DNA of 58,883 bases, filler included. It is 7 parts of 7 records of this genome, joined end to end, with 100 filler letters (N's around TTAATTAATTAA, not from the genome) between each part and the next. Parts side by side here need not be neighbours in the genome. Positions count along the whole stretch, not along the records: positions 39,232 to 45,416 come from SRR31156797_64334; positions 45,517 to 58,883 come from SRR31156797_64462; 5 more parts are not named here. One strand, 5' to 3'. Below the pieces are notes generated by a model that saw only the letters and a program-made list of their open reading frames with translations, did no database searches and was not told where the DNA came from. Numbering within the stretch: position 1 is the stretch's first letter; each line of letters begins with the position of its first letter. This document shows, in pieces, positions 41,238 to 50,627 of the stretch. A program made the position numbers and the translations under genes.

Positions 41238-42232
41238 ACGGGAATATCCGCAGTCTTCACCCTCTTCTTGCGGATACAGATAAAAGAATCTTCCGTCCAC
41301 CGGCGGTAGGCACAGTTGCGGCAGCTGCGGAGATCGTCACTGATCATCTCCTCGGGAACATCGGGTTTAAAATGGGAACAGGCCCTATCATCTCTGCCGC
41401 CTCGGCCCCGGCCGTGCATCTTTCCAGTCCCGATGGAAATATCCTCTCGGGAGGTTCCGGAGACACCGGCCCGGTCATCCCCGAACTTCCGCATCTCGTG
41501 CTTTTCCATGGTCACCCAGCTCCCCTTTTCCGTTCCGGGAAGGGCAAGAAGCACCGGTTCTCCTTCACAGAGAACAGGTTTTGCCTTCCAGATAATGGAC
41601 ACCCGGGCTTCCGGGGGAAGGGGCTTGAGGTCAGCCGTACAGACAGAGGTAATGAGTTTCTCTTTCAACAGGGTTTCAACTGAAAATGACATCCCCGGCT
41701 CCAGGTGGTCAATCCCCCCCTTCACCTCACCGTCGTTGCCTTCAAACCGGAGCCCCACACCTGCGAGAGCTCCAATCACCCCGTCTCCGGTTCCGCCGGT
41801 CTCTGTCAGAAAAACGCCGGTCTCCCCCGCCAGGTCATAGGCCATCCTCTTATTCAGAACCTCTCTCTTGGCGGCACTCCCGAAACATCCGAGTCTTTTG
41901 CCGATGTCCCCTTCGGAGAGGACACGAATATCGGCAATGCAGATCCCCGGGTCCGATCCTTCGGCCATCTCCTCCCGGAGGTAACACACAAGGGTCTCCT
42001 TCAATTCCGAAAGATAATCCGCCTCCACCCGGGCGGTAAAACACATGGCGCTGTTGTGGGATGTATAGGGAACATCCTCATGAATATAAAGCTGGTGTCG
42101 GGTGATAAAATCGCATCTTCCCCAGCCCTTCTCCTCGATAAGGGAGGCCATTTCCGAGGCAATAGCCCCGGTCCCCCGGGATTCAAGATTGTCCGTATCA
42201 TCGATGCAGATAAGCAGATCCAATTTGTTCAT
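41234..42232 (-). CDS. TiaS N-terminal-like (DDTD) protein with C-terminal Cys-rich module
   Basis: CIDDTD, RHQL, PYTSHNSAMC, SDPG, AKRE, GVIGALAG; tail C..F.PDVPEE...SCRNCAYRRWT...FIC. Confidence 0.6.
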   Translation of the reverse strand: MNKLDLLICIDDTDNLESRGTGAIASEMASLIEEKGWGRCDFITRHQLYIHEDVPYTSHNSAMCFTARVEADYLSELKETLVCYLREEMAEGSDPGICIADIRVLSEGDIGKRLGCFGSAAKREVLNKRMAYDLAGETGVFLTETGGTGDGVIGALAGVGLRFEGNDGEVKGGIDHLEPGMSFSVETLLKEKLITSVCTADLKPLPPEARVSIIWKAKPVLCEGEPVLLALPGTEKGSWVTMEKHEMRKFGDDRAGVSGTSREDISIGTGKMHGRGRGGRDDRACSHFKPDVPEEMISDDLRSCRNCAYRRWTEDSFICIRKKRVKTADIPV

Positions 42233-42274
42233 TGTTTAAACCGGTCCTGTTGTTTATCACCGTCAGAAGGAAAA

Positions 42275-42475
42275 TCATTCATCCGCCTCTTCCTCCCTCT
42301 TTGCTTTACGCCAGGCAGAGAGATAGAGTCCGATCAGGAACAGAACCGCAATTCCGAACCCGATCAGGTAGTAGGGAAACTGGCTCCCAAACTTCATGGA
42401 GGCCAGGATCAGGACCCCGGTCCCAAGAACCAGGTAGGCAATAATTCTGATGATAATCTGCTTTTTCATTCCCAT
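42275..42475 (-). CDS. Small two-TM membrane protein
   Basis: 66 aa, two hydrophobic helices, starts 2 nt after the clostripain-like stop. Confidence 0.65.
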   Translation of the reverse strand: MGMKKQIIIRIIAYLVLGTGVLILASMKFGSQFPYYLIGFGIAVLFLIGLYLSAWRKAKREEEADE

Positions 42476-42477
42476 AC

Positions 42478-44685
42478 TTACTCAACGACCTCTACATAAA
42501 CATAATCGGAAACCAGGTTCCCGTCAAAATCCTCAACAACGAAACCCACATAATATTCCCCGACAAAACCTTCCTCCTCCCACCATTCCAGGGGAGTTTC
42601 AGAGTTCGTCAGTTCAATATATTCACAGATTTCATAATCCCACTCTTCATTGCCGTATTCATCCCAGGTGACCCAGCTTTCATAAGGGCCGAAAAAATCA
42701 CCCGGCTGAACAGAAATTTCGTAGGGAGCGCCAAGACCGTAATCACCGTTGTATCCGTAAATTTCGTATAGCGCCCCTTCACCATTGAAATAACAAACGG
42801 CATAGAGTTCTTCTTCCTCTCCGGTGGAATAGTAAAGTCCATCTACCGTATAGATGGTATCCTCGGCCTCTATCCCGTAGTCATAGGGTTCGACGAGGGC
42901 GAAGGCAGAATCACTGCCGTTGTCTATAGCATATAAAATTGGTTCCCAGTCAAAAACAAGTTCAAACTCGCTCCCTTCCGAAGACCAGTCCGGATAGTAT
43001 ATTCCGTTGTATTCATAAGTATCATCTGCTTCAATATAATCACGGTCGGCTACAAGAAAATATTCCGATTCGGGATCGTAATAGAGAACCTCAAGATAGA
43101 TATAGGCGATATTGTCACCGATGATATCCGCCGAAAGGGTCACAAAATCATCTCCTGATATCACATTGTAATCTACCGCAATATTCTCAACACCGATCAT
43201 TCCGTATCCGGGGGCTGTGATTTCCACATCCTCTTCCGGAATGGCTATGTACTCCTCATCTTCCCAGAGCTCCCAGTTCTGCCACACCTGTTCCTCTTCT
43301 TCCTCATCGTACTCATCGTATTCCGGAGACTCTTCTTCCACCTCCGCTTCGGCGACGTCCCACTCCTCTTCCAGGACTGAGAATCCAGCACCGGTGTAAT
43401 GGGACAAAAGGAATTCATCCCAGCTGTACGTCCTCATGAAATTCGGAACCGAGTAGGCGTAACTTTCCATACCGCCCCAATCCGCCTTATAGATCGCTGA
43501 GTTGGGAAAGAAGATTGATATCCCGGTTGACCCCGGCTTAAGATTTCCATGCTTTTCCGCAATGACAGCATTATCCAGATCCTCAAGGACCTCGTTTATC
43601 AAGGATTTAATACCGCCGTCATCTATTTCTCCCAATAAAAGGGAGAGAAAATGGCCCAGATCTATGTAGGGGGAAGGCTGAGATTCATCGAAAATATTGG
43701 TAAAGCTCTGGGCATACATTCTGGCCTGAGCAATATCCTCCTGGGCCACATACTGCAGCTGAACAAGAAGTCTGTTAAAGCTTCTTCTAAAAGTTTCAAG
43801 GGCAGAGAGATCGATGGCAGAGAGGGTTGTATCGGAAACCATATATTCAACATAATCACCAACCTCCTCATCCCCGCTGTATCGATTGGTGAATGATCGG
43901 TCTGAAATTGTCAAATCGTAATATATATAGGAGTCTACAATGGCCCTGCCAAGGCCGGCACCGTTAAGCAGGGGATCAGCGATGACCGCTTCTATAAAAG
44001 CATTGTAAGCCCAGCCTATACCCGGTTCTGTTTCCTGGGAAGCCACAACATAATCGCAATAAGGGGCGAACGAGGCAAAAACCTCAAGGTGCCCCATCAG
44101 GCAGGCATCAAATCCCAGGAGATCAATAGAGTCTATTCCCGTTTCACTCAAGACGCCTTTCATCGCATCGGCCATTTCAAAAGTCCATAACATATCGCCC
44201 TCTTCAGGATCAGGGTCCGACCACCCGCCGGGCCATCCGGAACCATGGTCCGAAAGAATCAGGGCATATTTATCCGCCGGATAATTGGTGATGGCCCAGA
44301 CACAAAAATCCTTAAGGGTGTCCCCGTCAGCCATATTAGCCTCGCCCAGATCTTCAACAACCCGGCTTTCTGTCCAGTCCAAATCGTCATCATAGGAAAT
44401 CAGGTAACGCCGGGTGCCCGCCCAGTCTCCATCCCCGTCATAGCTGCCGTCAAACCTGTCCAACTGGGAAACAACCGTCACCTGATCCGATGAACCGGCG
44501 TTTTCCGCTTCATTCAGGTCATAGCAGATGCTCTCTTCCAGAGTCCAGTCATCGGCATCCTGGTAGAGCATAATCAGCCAGGAATCGCCGGAGCCCGTAT
44601 CCGAACTGCCGTCAGCCCCGACCGAAAGGGTACTGAATCCGAAGAGAAAAAGGAAAGATACAATCAGAAAAAAAGAACGCTTCAT
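42478..44685 (-). CDS. Clostripain-related cysteine peptidase (C11), secreted, highly acidic
   Basis: Signal peptide, EANMAD, YPADKYALILSDHGSGW (His), GFDACLM (Cys), ASQETEPG. Confidence 0.88.
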   Translation of the reverse strand: MKRSFFLIVSFLFLFGFSTLSVGADGSSDTGSGDSWLIMLYQDADDWTLEESICYDLNEAENAGSSDQVTVVSQLDRFDGSYDGDGDWAGTRRYLISYDDDLDWTESRVVEDLGEANMADGDTLKDFCVWAITNYPADKYALILSDHGSGWPGGWSDPDPEEGDMLWTFEMADAMKGVLSETGIDSIDLLGFDACLMGHLEVFASFAPYCDYVVASQETEPGIGWAYNAFIEAVIADPLLNGAGLGRAIVDSYIYYDLTISDRSFTNRYSGDEEVGDYVEYMVSDTTLSAIDLSALETFRRSFNRLLVQLQYVAQEDIAQARMYAQSFTNIFDESQPSPYIDLGHFLSLLLGEIDDGGIKSLINEVLEDLDNAVIAEKHGNLKPGSTGISIFFPNSAIYKADWGGMESYAYSVPNFMRTYSWDEFLLSHYTGAGFSVLEEEWDVAEAEVEEESPEYDEYDEEEEEQVWQNWELWEDEEYIAIPEEDVEITAPGYGMIGVENIAVDYNVISGDDFVTLSADIIGDNIAYIYLEVLYYDPESEYFLVADRDYIEADDTYEYNGIYYPDWSSEGSEFELVFDWEPILYAIDNGSDSAFALVEPYDYGIEAEDTIYTVDGLYYSTGEEEELYAVCYFNGEGALYEIYGYNGDYGLGAPYEISVQPGDFFGPYESWVTWDEYGNEEWDYEICEYIELTNSETPLEWWEEEGFVGEYYVGFVVEDFDGNLVSDYVYVEVVE

Positions 44686-44740
44686 AGTTTACCTCGGTAT
44701 TGCCTGGGATTTCAGATCCCAGGGGAATGGAAAATCTATC

Positions 44741-45262
44741 CTAAAAAACCATTTGAATCATAATAACCGGCATATCGTCTTCCTGAATCTGGGTATCGTT
44801 CCAGACCTCTCCCGGTAACACGAAGAGACATTTTCCCGTCAGGCTGACATAATCCTTACTCCTGTAGAGCCTTTTGAACTTTTTTTCCAGGCGTATATTG
44901 GAGTAGGGGAAAAAGGCTATGACTTTGTAAACATCCGGCTCACCGACGTAAATGGAACCATCGGTTTCATCTACCACAGAGGGAGTATTGTCAAAATCAT
45001 AGAGATTTATCTTCACCCCATGATACTTCCTGCCTGTTTCGGATATTTTCAGGTATTCATCATTACCGGGAAAGAGTTTTTCCATCTCCTCCAGAGAGGG
45101 ATAGGCCCAGTCATCAACTTCACCTCGGCGTATCGTGATCCGCCGGTTCTCAATTTCACTGTAATCGCCGCTTTTCAGGGCATCGATGACGAGATTGTTC
45201 TGGCTGGCACAGCCGAAACATAAAAGTACAACAAATAAAATCGGAACGATTCTATACTTCAT
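44741..45262 (-). CDS. Hypothetical lipoprotein
   Basis: MKYRIVPILFVVLLCFGC lipobox-like N-terminus. Confidence 0.65.
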   Translation of the reverse strand: MKYRIVPILFVVLLCFGCASQNNLVIDALKSGDYSEIENRRITIRRGEVDDWAYPSLEEMEKLFPGNDEYLKISETGRKYHGVKINLYDFDNTPSVVDETDGSIYVGEPDVYKVIAFFPYSNIRLEKKFKRLYRSKDYVSLTGKCLFVLPGEVWNDTQIQEDDMPVIMIQMVF

Positions 45263-45416
45263 CCGCCTAACCCTCCACGTGCTTCAGGGACTTCAGGTGT
45301 TCAGTCAACACGGAGCACTGTTCCGGAGCCAGATACAATCCTTTAAGAATAATCTTCTCCGATTCATAATTCCGTTTTTTCAGTTTATCGTACTTCCGGG
45401 AAAACCTGGTAATCAG

Positions 45417-45516
45417 NNNNNNNNNNNNNNNNNNNNNNNNNNNNNNNNNNNNNNNNNNNNTTAATTAATTAANNNNNNNNNNNNNNNNNNNNNNNNNNNN
45501 NNNNNNNNNNNNNNNN
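45417..45516. other. Artificial contig spacer
   Basis: Same N/TTAATTAATTAA/N spacer. Confidence 0.97.
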
Positions 45517-45747
45517 CGGGTGGCGGTGCTGCCCTGCTGCCATGATCTGAAAAAATCATCGACAGCCGGGCTTGAAGGCTGGATGGAAAACACCCTTGCC
45601 GTTGATACGGCAAGGGCGGTGAGGCTTAAAGCAAGCGGCTACAAGATCGTAACCCAGACGATCCCCTGTGAGATCACCCCCAAGAACAGGCTGCTCATGG
45701 GCGAATATCCAGCACATACCGGGGCTTCATCCGCCGGCCCTTCCTGA
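45517..45747 (+). CDS. Methyltransferase-like protein, C-terminal fragment
   Basis: VAVLPCCH, LAVD.AR...L...GY, ITPKNRLL. Confidence 0.7.
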   Translation, partial: RVAVLPCCHDLKKSSTAGLEGWMENTLAVDTARAVRLKASGYKIVTQTIPCEITPKNRLLMGEYPAHTGASSAGPS

Positions 45748-45892
45748 ACCTGGACATGCCGTCGGCAATCCGGTTAAATAGGGAGGGACGCAGGGAGGGA
45801 CGGCGAATATTTGCCGGCCGATTCTTCAGGACTTCCGCTTCAAGATCCCGGATGCGTTCTTTGACCATGATTTCCATTATGATTGGATTCAT
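45695..45892 (-). CDS. Small basic hypothetical protein divergent from LysR (65 aa)
   Basis: AAGGAGGAG RBS before ATG 45892; MNPIIMEIMVKERIRDLEAE... Confidence 0.6.
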   Translation of the reverse strand: MNPIIMEIMVKERIRDLEAEVLKNRPANIRRPSLRPSLFNRIADGMSRFRKGRRMKPRYVLDIRP

Positions 45893-45995
45893 ATTCGTCT
45901 CCTCCTTTTTATAGGGTCTCAGGTGTTGAAAATTCTTGAAAATAAATATAGGTTGACTCATATAAAAAAGATAATAGTATGATCTGATTTCAATG

Positions 45996-46010
45996 TTCGG
46001 AAAAACTGAT
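45996..46010. promoter_or_regulatory. Candidate LTTR binding box (T-N11-A)
   Basis: TTCGG-AAAAA-CTGAT interrupted dyad just upstream of the LysR start. Confidence 0.45.
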
Positions 46011-46028
46011 GAACCGGATAGGTGAACC

Positions 46029-46922
46029 ATGGAACTCTACCAGTTGCGTACCTTTGTGACAGTTGCCGAAGAGAAGCACCTCACCCGGGCGGCCAGACGC
46101 CTCAACACGAGTCAGCCCTCGGTGAGCGCCCACATCAAGGCCCTTGAAAAGGAACTCGGCATCCCCCTGTTTGAGCGAAGTAGAAAAGGAATGGGCCTCA
46201 CAGACCAGGGAGCACTCATGCTTGACAAGGCCAAAATGGTGCTTGATTCCACAAGCGAGCTGTTGAACCAGGCGGAAAAGATCAAGGGCGAGCCCGTGGG
46301 CGGGGTGAAGATCGGGATGAACCTCTGTCCCGAGACCCTGAGGATCACCCGCCTCTTTGAACAGGCGCGGACAGCCTATCCTCGGTTGACCCTCAAGCTG
46401 ATCCAGAGTTCGTCCCATCAGGTGGAGCAAAATCTTAAAACCGGGGAATTTGACTGCGGCTATATCCTTGGAACAGTTTCCTCCCACGGAATCAGGGCCC
46501 GCTTTCTCAGGTCGGTGGAGTTCATGGTGGCCGCACCTTCCTCCTGGAAACAAAGGATAGAAAACGCAGATGCCCGGGAGATCGCATCCCTTCCCTGGGT
46601 GGTCCACACCCAGGGCTGCCGCCTGGACATGATCATCGAAAAGCATTTCGGCCTGGAAAATCAACACCTCATACGGGCCGTGGAGGCGGATGACGAAACC
46701 ATGAGCCAGCTGGTCATGGCCGGTGCCGGGATCGGACTCATGTACCGGGATGAAGCCGAAGCCGCCGAAAAAGCAGGGCGGGTCGCCCTGTGGCGGGGCG
46801 TGACCCTTTCCCTGGATCTCTTCTTTGCCTATCTTGAAACCAGGAGCGACGACCCCAAGATCGAGGCCATGCTCAAGGTGCATGACGCTGTCTGGCAGTT
46901 GCCTGAATCCATGTCAGGATAG
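46029..46922 (+). CDS. LysR-family transcriptional regulator
   Basis: LYQLRTF..VAEE.HLTRAARRLNTSQPSVSAHIKALEKELG..LFER. Confidence 0.95.
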   Translation: MELYQLRTFVTVAEEKHLTRAARRLNTSQPSVSAHIKALEKELGIPLFERSRKGMGLTDQGALMLDKAKMVLDSTSELLNQAEKIKGEPVGGVKIGMNLCPETLRITRLFEQARTAYPRLTLKLIQSSSHQVEQNLKTGEFDCGYILGTVSSHGIRARFLRSVEFMVAAPSSWKQRIENADAREIASLPWVVHTQGCRLDMIIEKHFGLENQHLIRAVEADDETMSQLVMAGAGIGLMYRDEAEAAEKAGRVALWRGVTLSLDLFFAYLETRSDDPKIEAMLKVHDAVWQLPESMSG

Positions 46923-46984
46923 GCTGCGGGGCGAATCTGCTTCGCCTGTTGCCAATCCGGGGGAAAATGCGGTAGATATACCCC

Positions 46985-47671
46985 ATGAGACTTTTATTTG
47001 TGGAAGATGACGAAAAATTATCCCAATTTGTCATAACCGGGTTGAAACAGTCGGGGTTCACCGTGGATCATGTATCGGACGGGGTGGACGCCCTGCATCT
47101 GGCCATGACCGAAACCTATGACATAATGGTGCTCGATATCATGTTGCCCGGGGTGGATGGGCTGCGCATCGTGGAGCAGATGAGAAAGCATGATATTGAC
47201 ACCCCTGTCATCTTTCTCAGCGCCAAAAGGTCCACGGAAGACCGGATCAAGGGCCTTTACTCCGGGGCGGACGACTATTTGACCAAACCCTTTTCCTATC
47301 TGGAGCTGCTTGCCAGGATCCAGACCCTGCTTCGCCGGACAAAGGGGGGAAAGATCGAGCCCACCACCCTCACCGTGGGGGATCTTTCCATCGACCTTCT
47401 TGGCCGGGAGGTAAGACGCGGCGACACCACCATCGACCTTCAGCCCAAGGAGTTTGCCCTGCTCCGGCTGCTGGCCAGGAATCCGGACCGGGTGGTATCC
47501 AAGACCGTGATCATGGAGAAGCTGTGGGATTACAATTTCGATCCCCAGACCAATGTGGTGGATGTGCTCGTGTGCAGACTCCGGAACAAGATTGACAAAC
47601 CGTTCAAGTCAAAGATGCTTCATACCTTGCGTGGTATCGGATATGTCCTCAAGCCCCCGACTGATTCGTAA
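46985..47671 (+). CDS. OmpR/CusR-family response regulator
   Basis: VEDD, LDIMLPG, ADDYLTKPF, TNVVDVLVCRLRNKID, TLRGIGY. Confidence 0.95.
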   Translation: MRLLFVEDDEKLSQFVITGLKQSGFTVDHVSDGVDALHLAMTETYDIMVLDIMLPGVDGLRIVEQMRKHDIDTPVIFLSAKRSTEDRIKGLYSGADDYLTKPFSYLELLARIQTLLRRTKGGKIEPTTLTVGDLSIDLLGREVRRGDTTIDLQPKEFALLRLLARNPDRVVSKTVIMEKLWDYNFDPQTNVVDVLVCRLRNKIDKPFKSKMLHTLRGIGYVLKPPTDS

Positions 47672-49052
47672 ACTCGAGTTCAAGCTGGTTCTCTGGTTCT
47701 CCTCCGGCTTTATCGTACTGGCCCTGCTTCTTTTTGCCTTTATCTCATTTCAGCTGAACAATTTGATCCGCCTCAAAGAGAGGCAATTTGTCCAGGAAAA
47801 GGCATCCCAATACCGCACCCTTGCCGGAACCCAGGGCATGGCGTCCCTGCTGGCCCATCTCGACAGTGAAAAGGGCTCGCCCTTCAAAAGCACCATGTTC
47901 CTCATGATCAACGCCCCGGACGGCACCCGTATCCACACCTCCCTTCCCGCATTCTGGGAAACATTTCCCGTCGCTCACATCCCGGGAAAAATGGCGGCCC
48001 GGACAGGGCAGTGGGCAGTGGTCCGGGGAAGCGGCTGGTTTGGCGGTGCAAGGGAGATCGATGAGAGCGACTGGCTGGAGATCACCTCCCAAAAGCTGGC
48101 CACAGGCCACACCCTCTACATCGGCTACGCCAACGAGGAGATCGAAGAGACCCAGTCCCGCTTGAGGGAGGTGTTTTTCAACCTGCTCGGGTTCAGCCTG
48201 GCCGTGGGAATCCTGGGGGGAATCTTTCTCTCCTGGCAGGCCCTTCTTCCTTTAAAGGAGCTGGTTTCCGCCATCAAGCGTGTGCAAACAGGCCAGATGG
48301 ATGCCAGGGTCACCCCCAGCGGCACCGGGGATGACCTGGACGAACTTGCCCGCCAGTTCAATCACATGCTCTCACGGATCGAGACCCTCATCCGGGCCAT
48401 GGGCGAAGCCCTTGATAACGTGGCCCATGACCTCAGGACCCCCCTGGCCCGCATGAGGGCCTCCATTGAGAAATCCGTGGAGGCGGGAAACGATGAAGCC
48501 CTGATGAACGCCCTCATGGACTGTGCCGAAGAGACGGAACTCCTCAGCAGCATCATCAACACCCTCATGGATATTTCCGAGGCGGAAACCGGTACCATGA
48601 CCCTCCACCCCGAGAAGATCCCGCTTTCGGATCTCATGGACTCGGTGTGCGACGTGTATCAGATTCCGTCGGAAGAAAAACAGATCACCCTGAAAAAGAT
48701 CGTTCCCGGGGAGCTCTCTGTCATGGCAGACCCGGCCCGGCTCTACCAGGTGATTGCCAACCTTGTGGACAATGCGGTCAAGTACACCCCGTCCCATGGG
48801 CGGGTGACCCTCACCGCCTTCCGGGAAGGCACCGGGGTTAAAATCTGCGTGGAAGATACCGGACCCGGCATTCCCGAAGCGGATATCCCCCGGATCTTTG
48901 ACCGGCTGTTCCGTTGCGACCGAAGCCGCAGCCAGAAAGGAACGGGCCTGGGGCTTTCCCTGGTCCAGGCCGTGGTCCGGGCCCACAACGGCACCATCCA
49001 TGTCGAAAACCTCAAAGACAGGGGTACCCGCTTCACCCTGATCCTGCCCTGA
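47643..49052 (+). CDS. Sensor histidine kinase (2TM-HAMP-HisKA-HATPase)
   Basis: NVAHDLRTPL, NLVDNAVKY, DTGPGI, GTGLGL; ATG 47643 overlaps the regulator end. Confidence 0.93.
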   Translation: MSSSPRLIRKLEFKLVLWFSSGFIVLALLLFAFISFQLNNLIRLKERQFVQEKASQYRTLAGTQGMASLLAHLDSEKGSPFKSTMFLMINAPDGTRIHTSLPAFWETFPVAHIPGKMAARTGQWAVVRGSGWFGGAREIDESDWLEITSQKLATGHTLYIGYANEEIEETQSRLREVFFNLLGFSLAVGILGGIFLSWQALLPLKELVSAIKRVQTGQMDARVTPSGTGDDLDELARQFNHMLSRIETLIRAMGEALDNVAHDLRTPLARMRASIEKSVEAGNDEALMNALMDCAEETELLSSIINTLMDISEAETGTMTLHPEKIPLSDLMDSVCDVYQIPSEEKQITLKKIVPGELSVMADPARLYQVIANLVDNAVKYTPSHGRVTLTAFREGTGVKICVEDTGPGIPEADIPRIFDRLFRCDRSRSQKGTGLGLSLVQAVVRAHNGTIHVENLKDRGTRFTLILP

Positions 49053-49138
49053 TCCCCTTCAACCTTTCTTTTTTGTAATGTTATGGAAAGATTCCGGAAA
49101 GTCAGGTTCTGCTATTATCTCCCCATTAAAGATCAATT

Positions 49139-49990
49139 ATGAACCATGTAACACCGAGGAAAAATATGCAGAAACAAAAGAAAACAACGGCCAGGAAAGG
49201 ATTGCAGCTGACCGATTTAAGGGATTTTATCCGGTTGATGACGGTTTTACTTTTTCTCCCATGGATCGCCTGGGTGCCTGAAACCATTTTCGGCATGGAG
49301 CCCGATTTCGAGCTTGAAGTTGCGGTCATGCTGATGTTCGTGGTGTTCGGCTCTTTCTGGTGCGGGTGGATCTGCCCGTTTGGCAATGCCGATTATTTCA
49401 TCAGCAAAATCGGGAAAAAACTTTTTCCCACCGTGCAGTTCAATCTCCCCCCGTCCCTGGACCGGCCCCTGCGATATTTGAAATACCTCTTCCTGGCCGG
49501 ATTTGTCTATGTCATCGTTTCAAAAGGGATTGATTACTTCTGGGGAGATCACATGATCATGTACAAAGCCACGCCCTTTACATCCGCCTATATCCAGGCC
49601 AAAAAGGGATTGATCCTCCTGGTTCCCCTGCTGATGCCCCGGTTCTTCTGTAAATACCTGTGTTTCCAGAAAGCCGGATACAACCTGATGAACCGCCTGC
49701 TGCCCCTGACCACGATCAAGCGGGACACTTCCGCCTGTATCTCATGCCGCCGGTGCGACAAGGTCTGCCCGGTCCGGATCCAGGTATCGGAAAAAGAAAC
49801 CATATCAGGCAGCGATTGCCTGGGATGCTACAGCTGTGTCGACAAAGGGGTCTGCCCTGAGAAGGCTGATGCGATCCACATTTCCTTCCTGGGCAAAAAG
49901 GTAAATCCCCTGGTTTTCAGCCTCGCAGCCATTCTCGTTTACTATCTTCTCACCTGGAACATCCACACCATCACCGGACCGTTAAGTTAA
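49139..49990 (+). CDS. Membrane 4Fe-4S binding protein (NapH/YccM-like)
   Basis: WCGWICPFG, RFFCKYLC, CISCRRCDKVCP, CLGCYSC...CP; start may be 49166. Confidence 0.85.
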   Translation: MNHVTPRKNMQKQKKTTARKGLQLTDLRDFIRLMTVLLFLPWIAWVPETIFGMEPDFELEVAVMLMFVVFGSFWCGWICPFGNADYFISKIGKKLFPTVQFNLPPSLDRPLRYLKYLFLAGFVYVIVSKGIDYFWGDHMIMYKATPFTSAYIQAKKGLILLVPLLMPRFFCKYLCFQKAGYNLMNRLLPLTTIKRDTSACISCRRCDKVCPVRIQVSEKETISGSDCLGCYSCVDKGVCPEKADAIHISFLGKKVNPLVFSLAAILVYYLLTWNIHTITGPLS

Positions 49991-50036
49991 ATCAAGAAAG
50001 ACGTTCACCCCATATTGAATATCCCATAAAACGGAA

Positions 50037-50101
50037 ACAAGCCCCAATACATCTGGATCTTTTGGGCTCCCCATTTAAGATTCAGGTGTATTGGGGCTTG
50101 T
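50037..50101. repeat. 25-bp-stem palindrome (REP-like or IS200/IS605-end-like)
   Basis: ACAAGCCCCAATACATCTGGATCTT-15 nt-AAGATTCAGGTGTATTGGGGCTTGT. Confidence 0.7.
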
Positions 50102-50153
50102 CCCTGAGGCAATTCTGGAGTATGGATAGTTCGACATACGGCAATAAATCAGG

Positions 50154-50627
50154 ATGGAAAAGGAAACCATGCAGTCACTACACTGGGATATCAAAAGATT
50201 CAAAGACCTGACAATTGATGAACTCTATGACCTGCTCAGACTGAGAGTTAATGTGTTTGTGGTGGAGCAGACCTGCCCCTATCCTGAGCTGGACGGCAAA
50301 GACACCCATGAAAAGACCCTCCATATGACAGCCCTGACAAAGAACCATACCCCTGCGGCCTACCTGAGAATCCTGGCCCCGGGGGTCAGCTATCCGGACG
50401 TGAGTTTCGGCCGGGTGGTGGTGGCGGAAAATTTCAGGGGCAAGGGCTTAAGTCATACCCTGATCGAAAATGCCGTTACCGTAATTCAGGAGACATGGCC
50501 GGACCGGCAGATCACCATCGGTGCCCAGGAACACCTGAAATCCTTTTATCAATCCCACGGATTTATCCCCGTCTCAGCCCCCTATCTGGAAGACAACATT
50601 CCCCACATCGACATGACCAGACGATAG
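50154..50627 (+). CDS. elaA: ElaA-like GNAT acetyltransferase
   Basis: LYDLLRLRVNVFVVEQTCPYPELDG, GRVVV, AQEHLKSFY, YLEDNIPHIDM. Confidence 0.9.
   Translation: MEKETMQSLHWDIKRFKDLTIDELYDLLRLRVNVFVVEQTCPYPELDGKDTHEKTLHMTALTKNHTPAAYLRILAPGVSYPDVSFGRVVVAENFRGKGLSHTLIENAVTVIQETWPDRQITIGAQEHLKSFYQSHGFIPVSAPYLEDNIPHIDMTRR

Noticed and set aside
45267-45416. Partial gene at the end of contig 6
   Set aside because: No frame stays open long enough to call a product.
39333-49990. Two similar membrane polyferredoxin genes as a duplication or system
   Set aside because: They are on different contigs, probably from different organisms, and the family is common.
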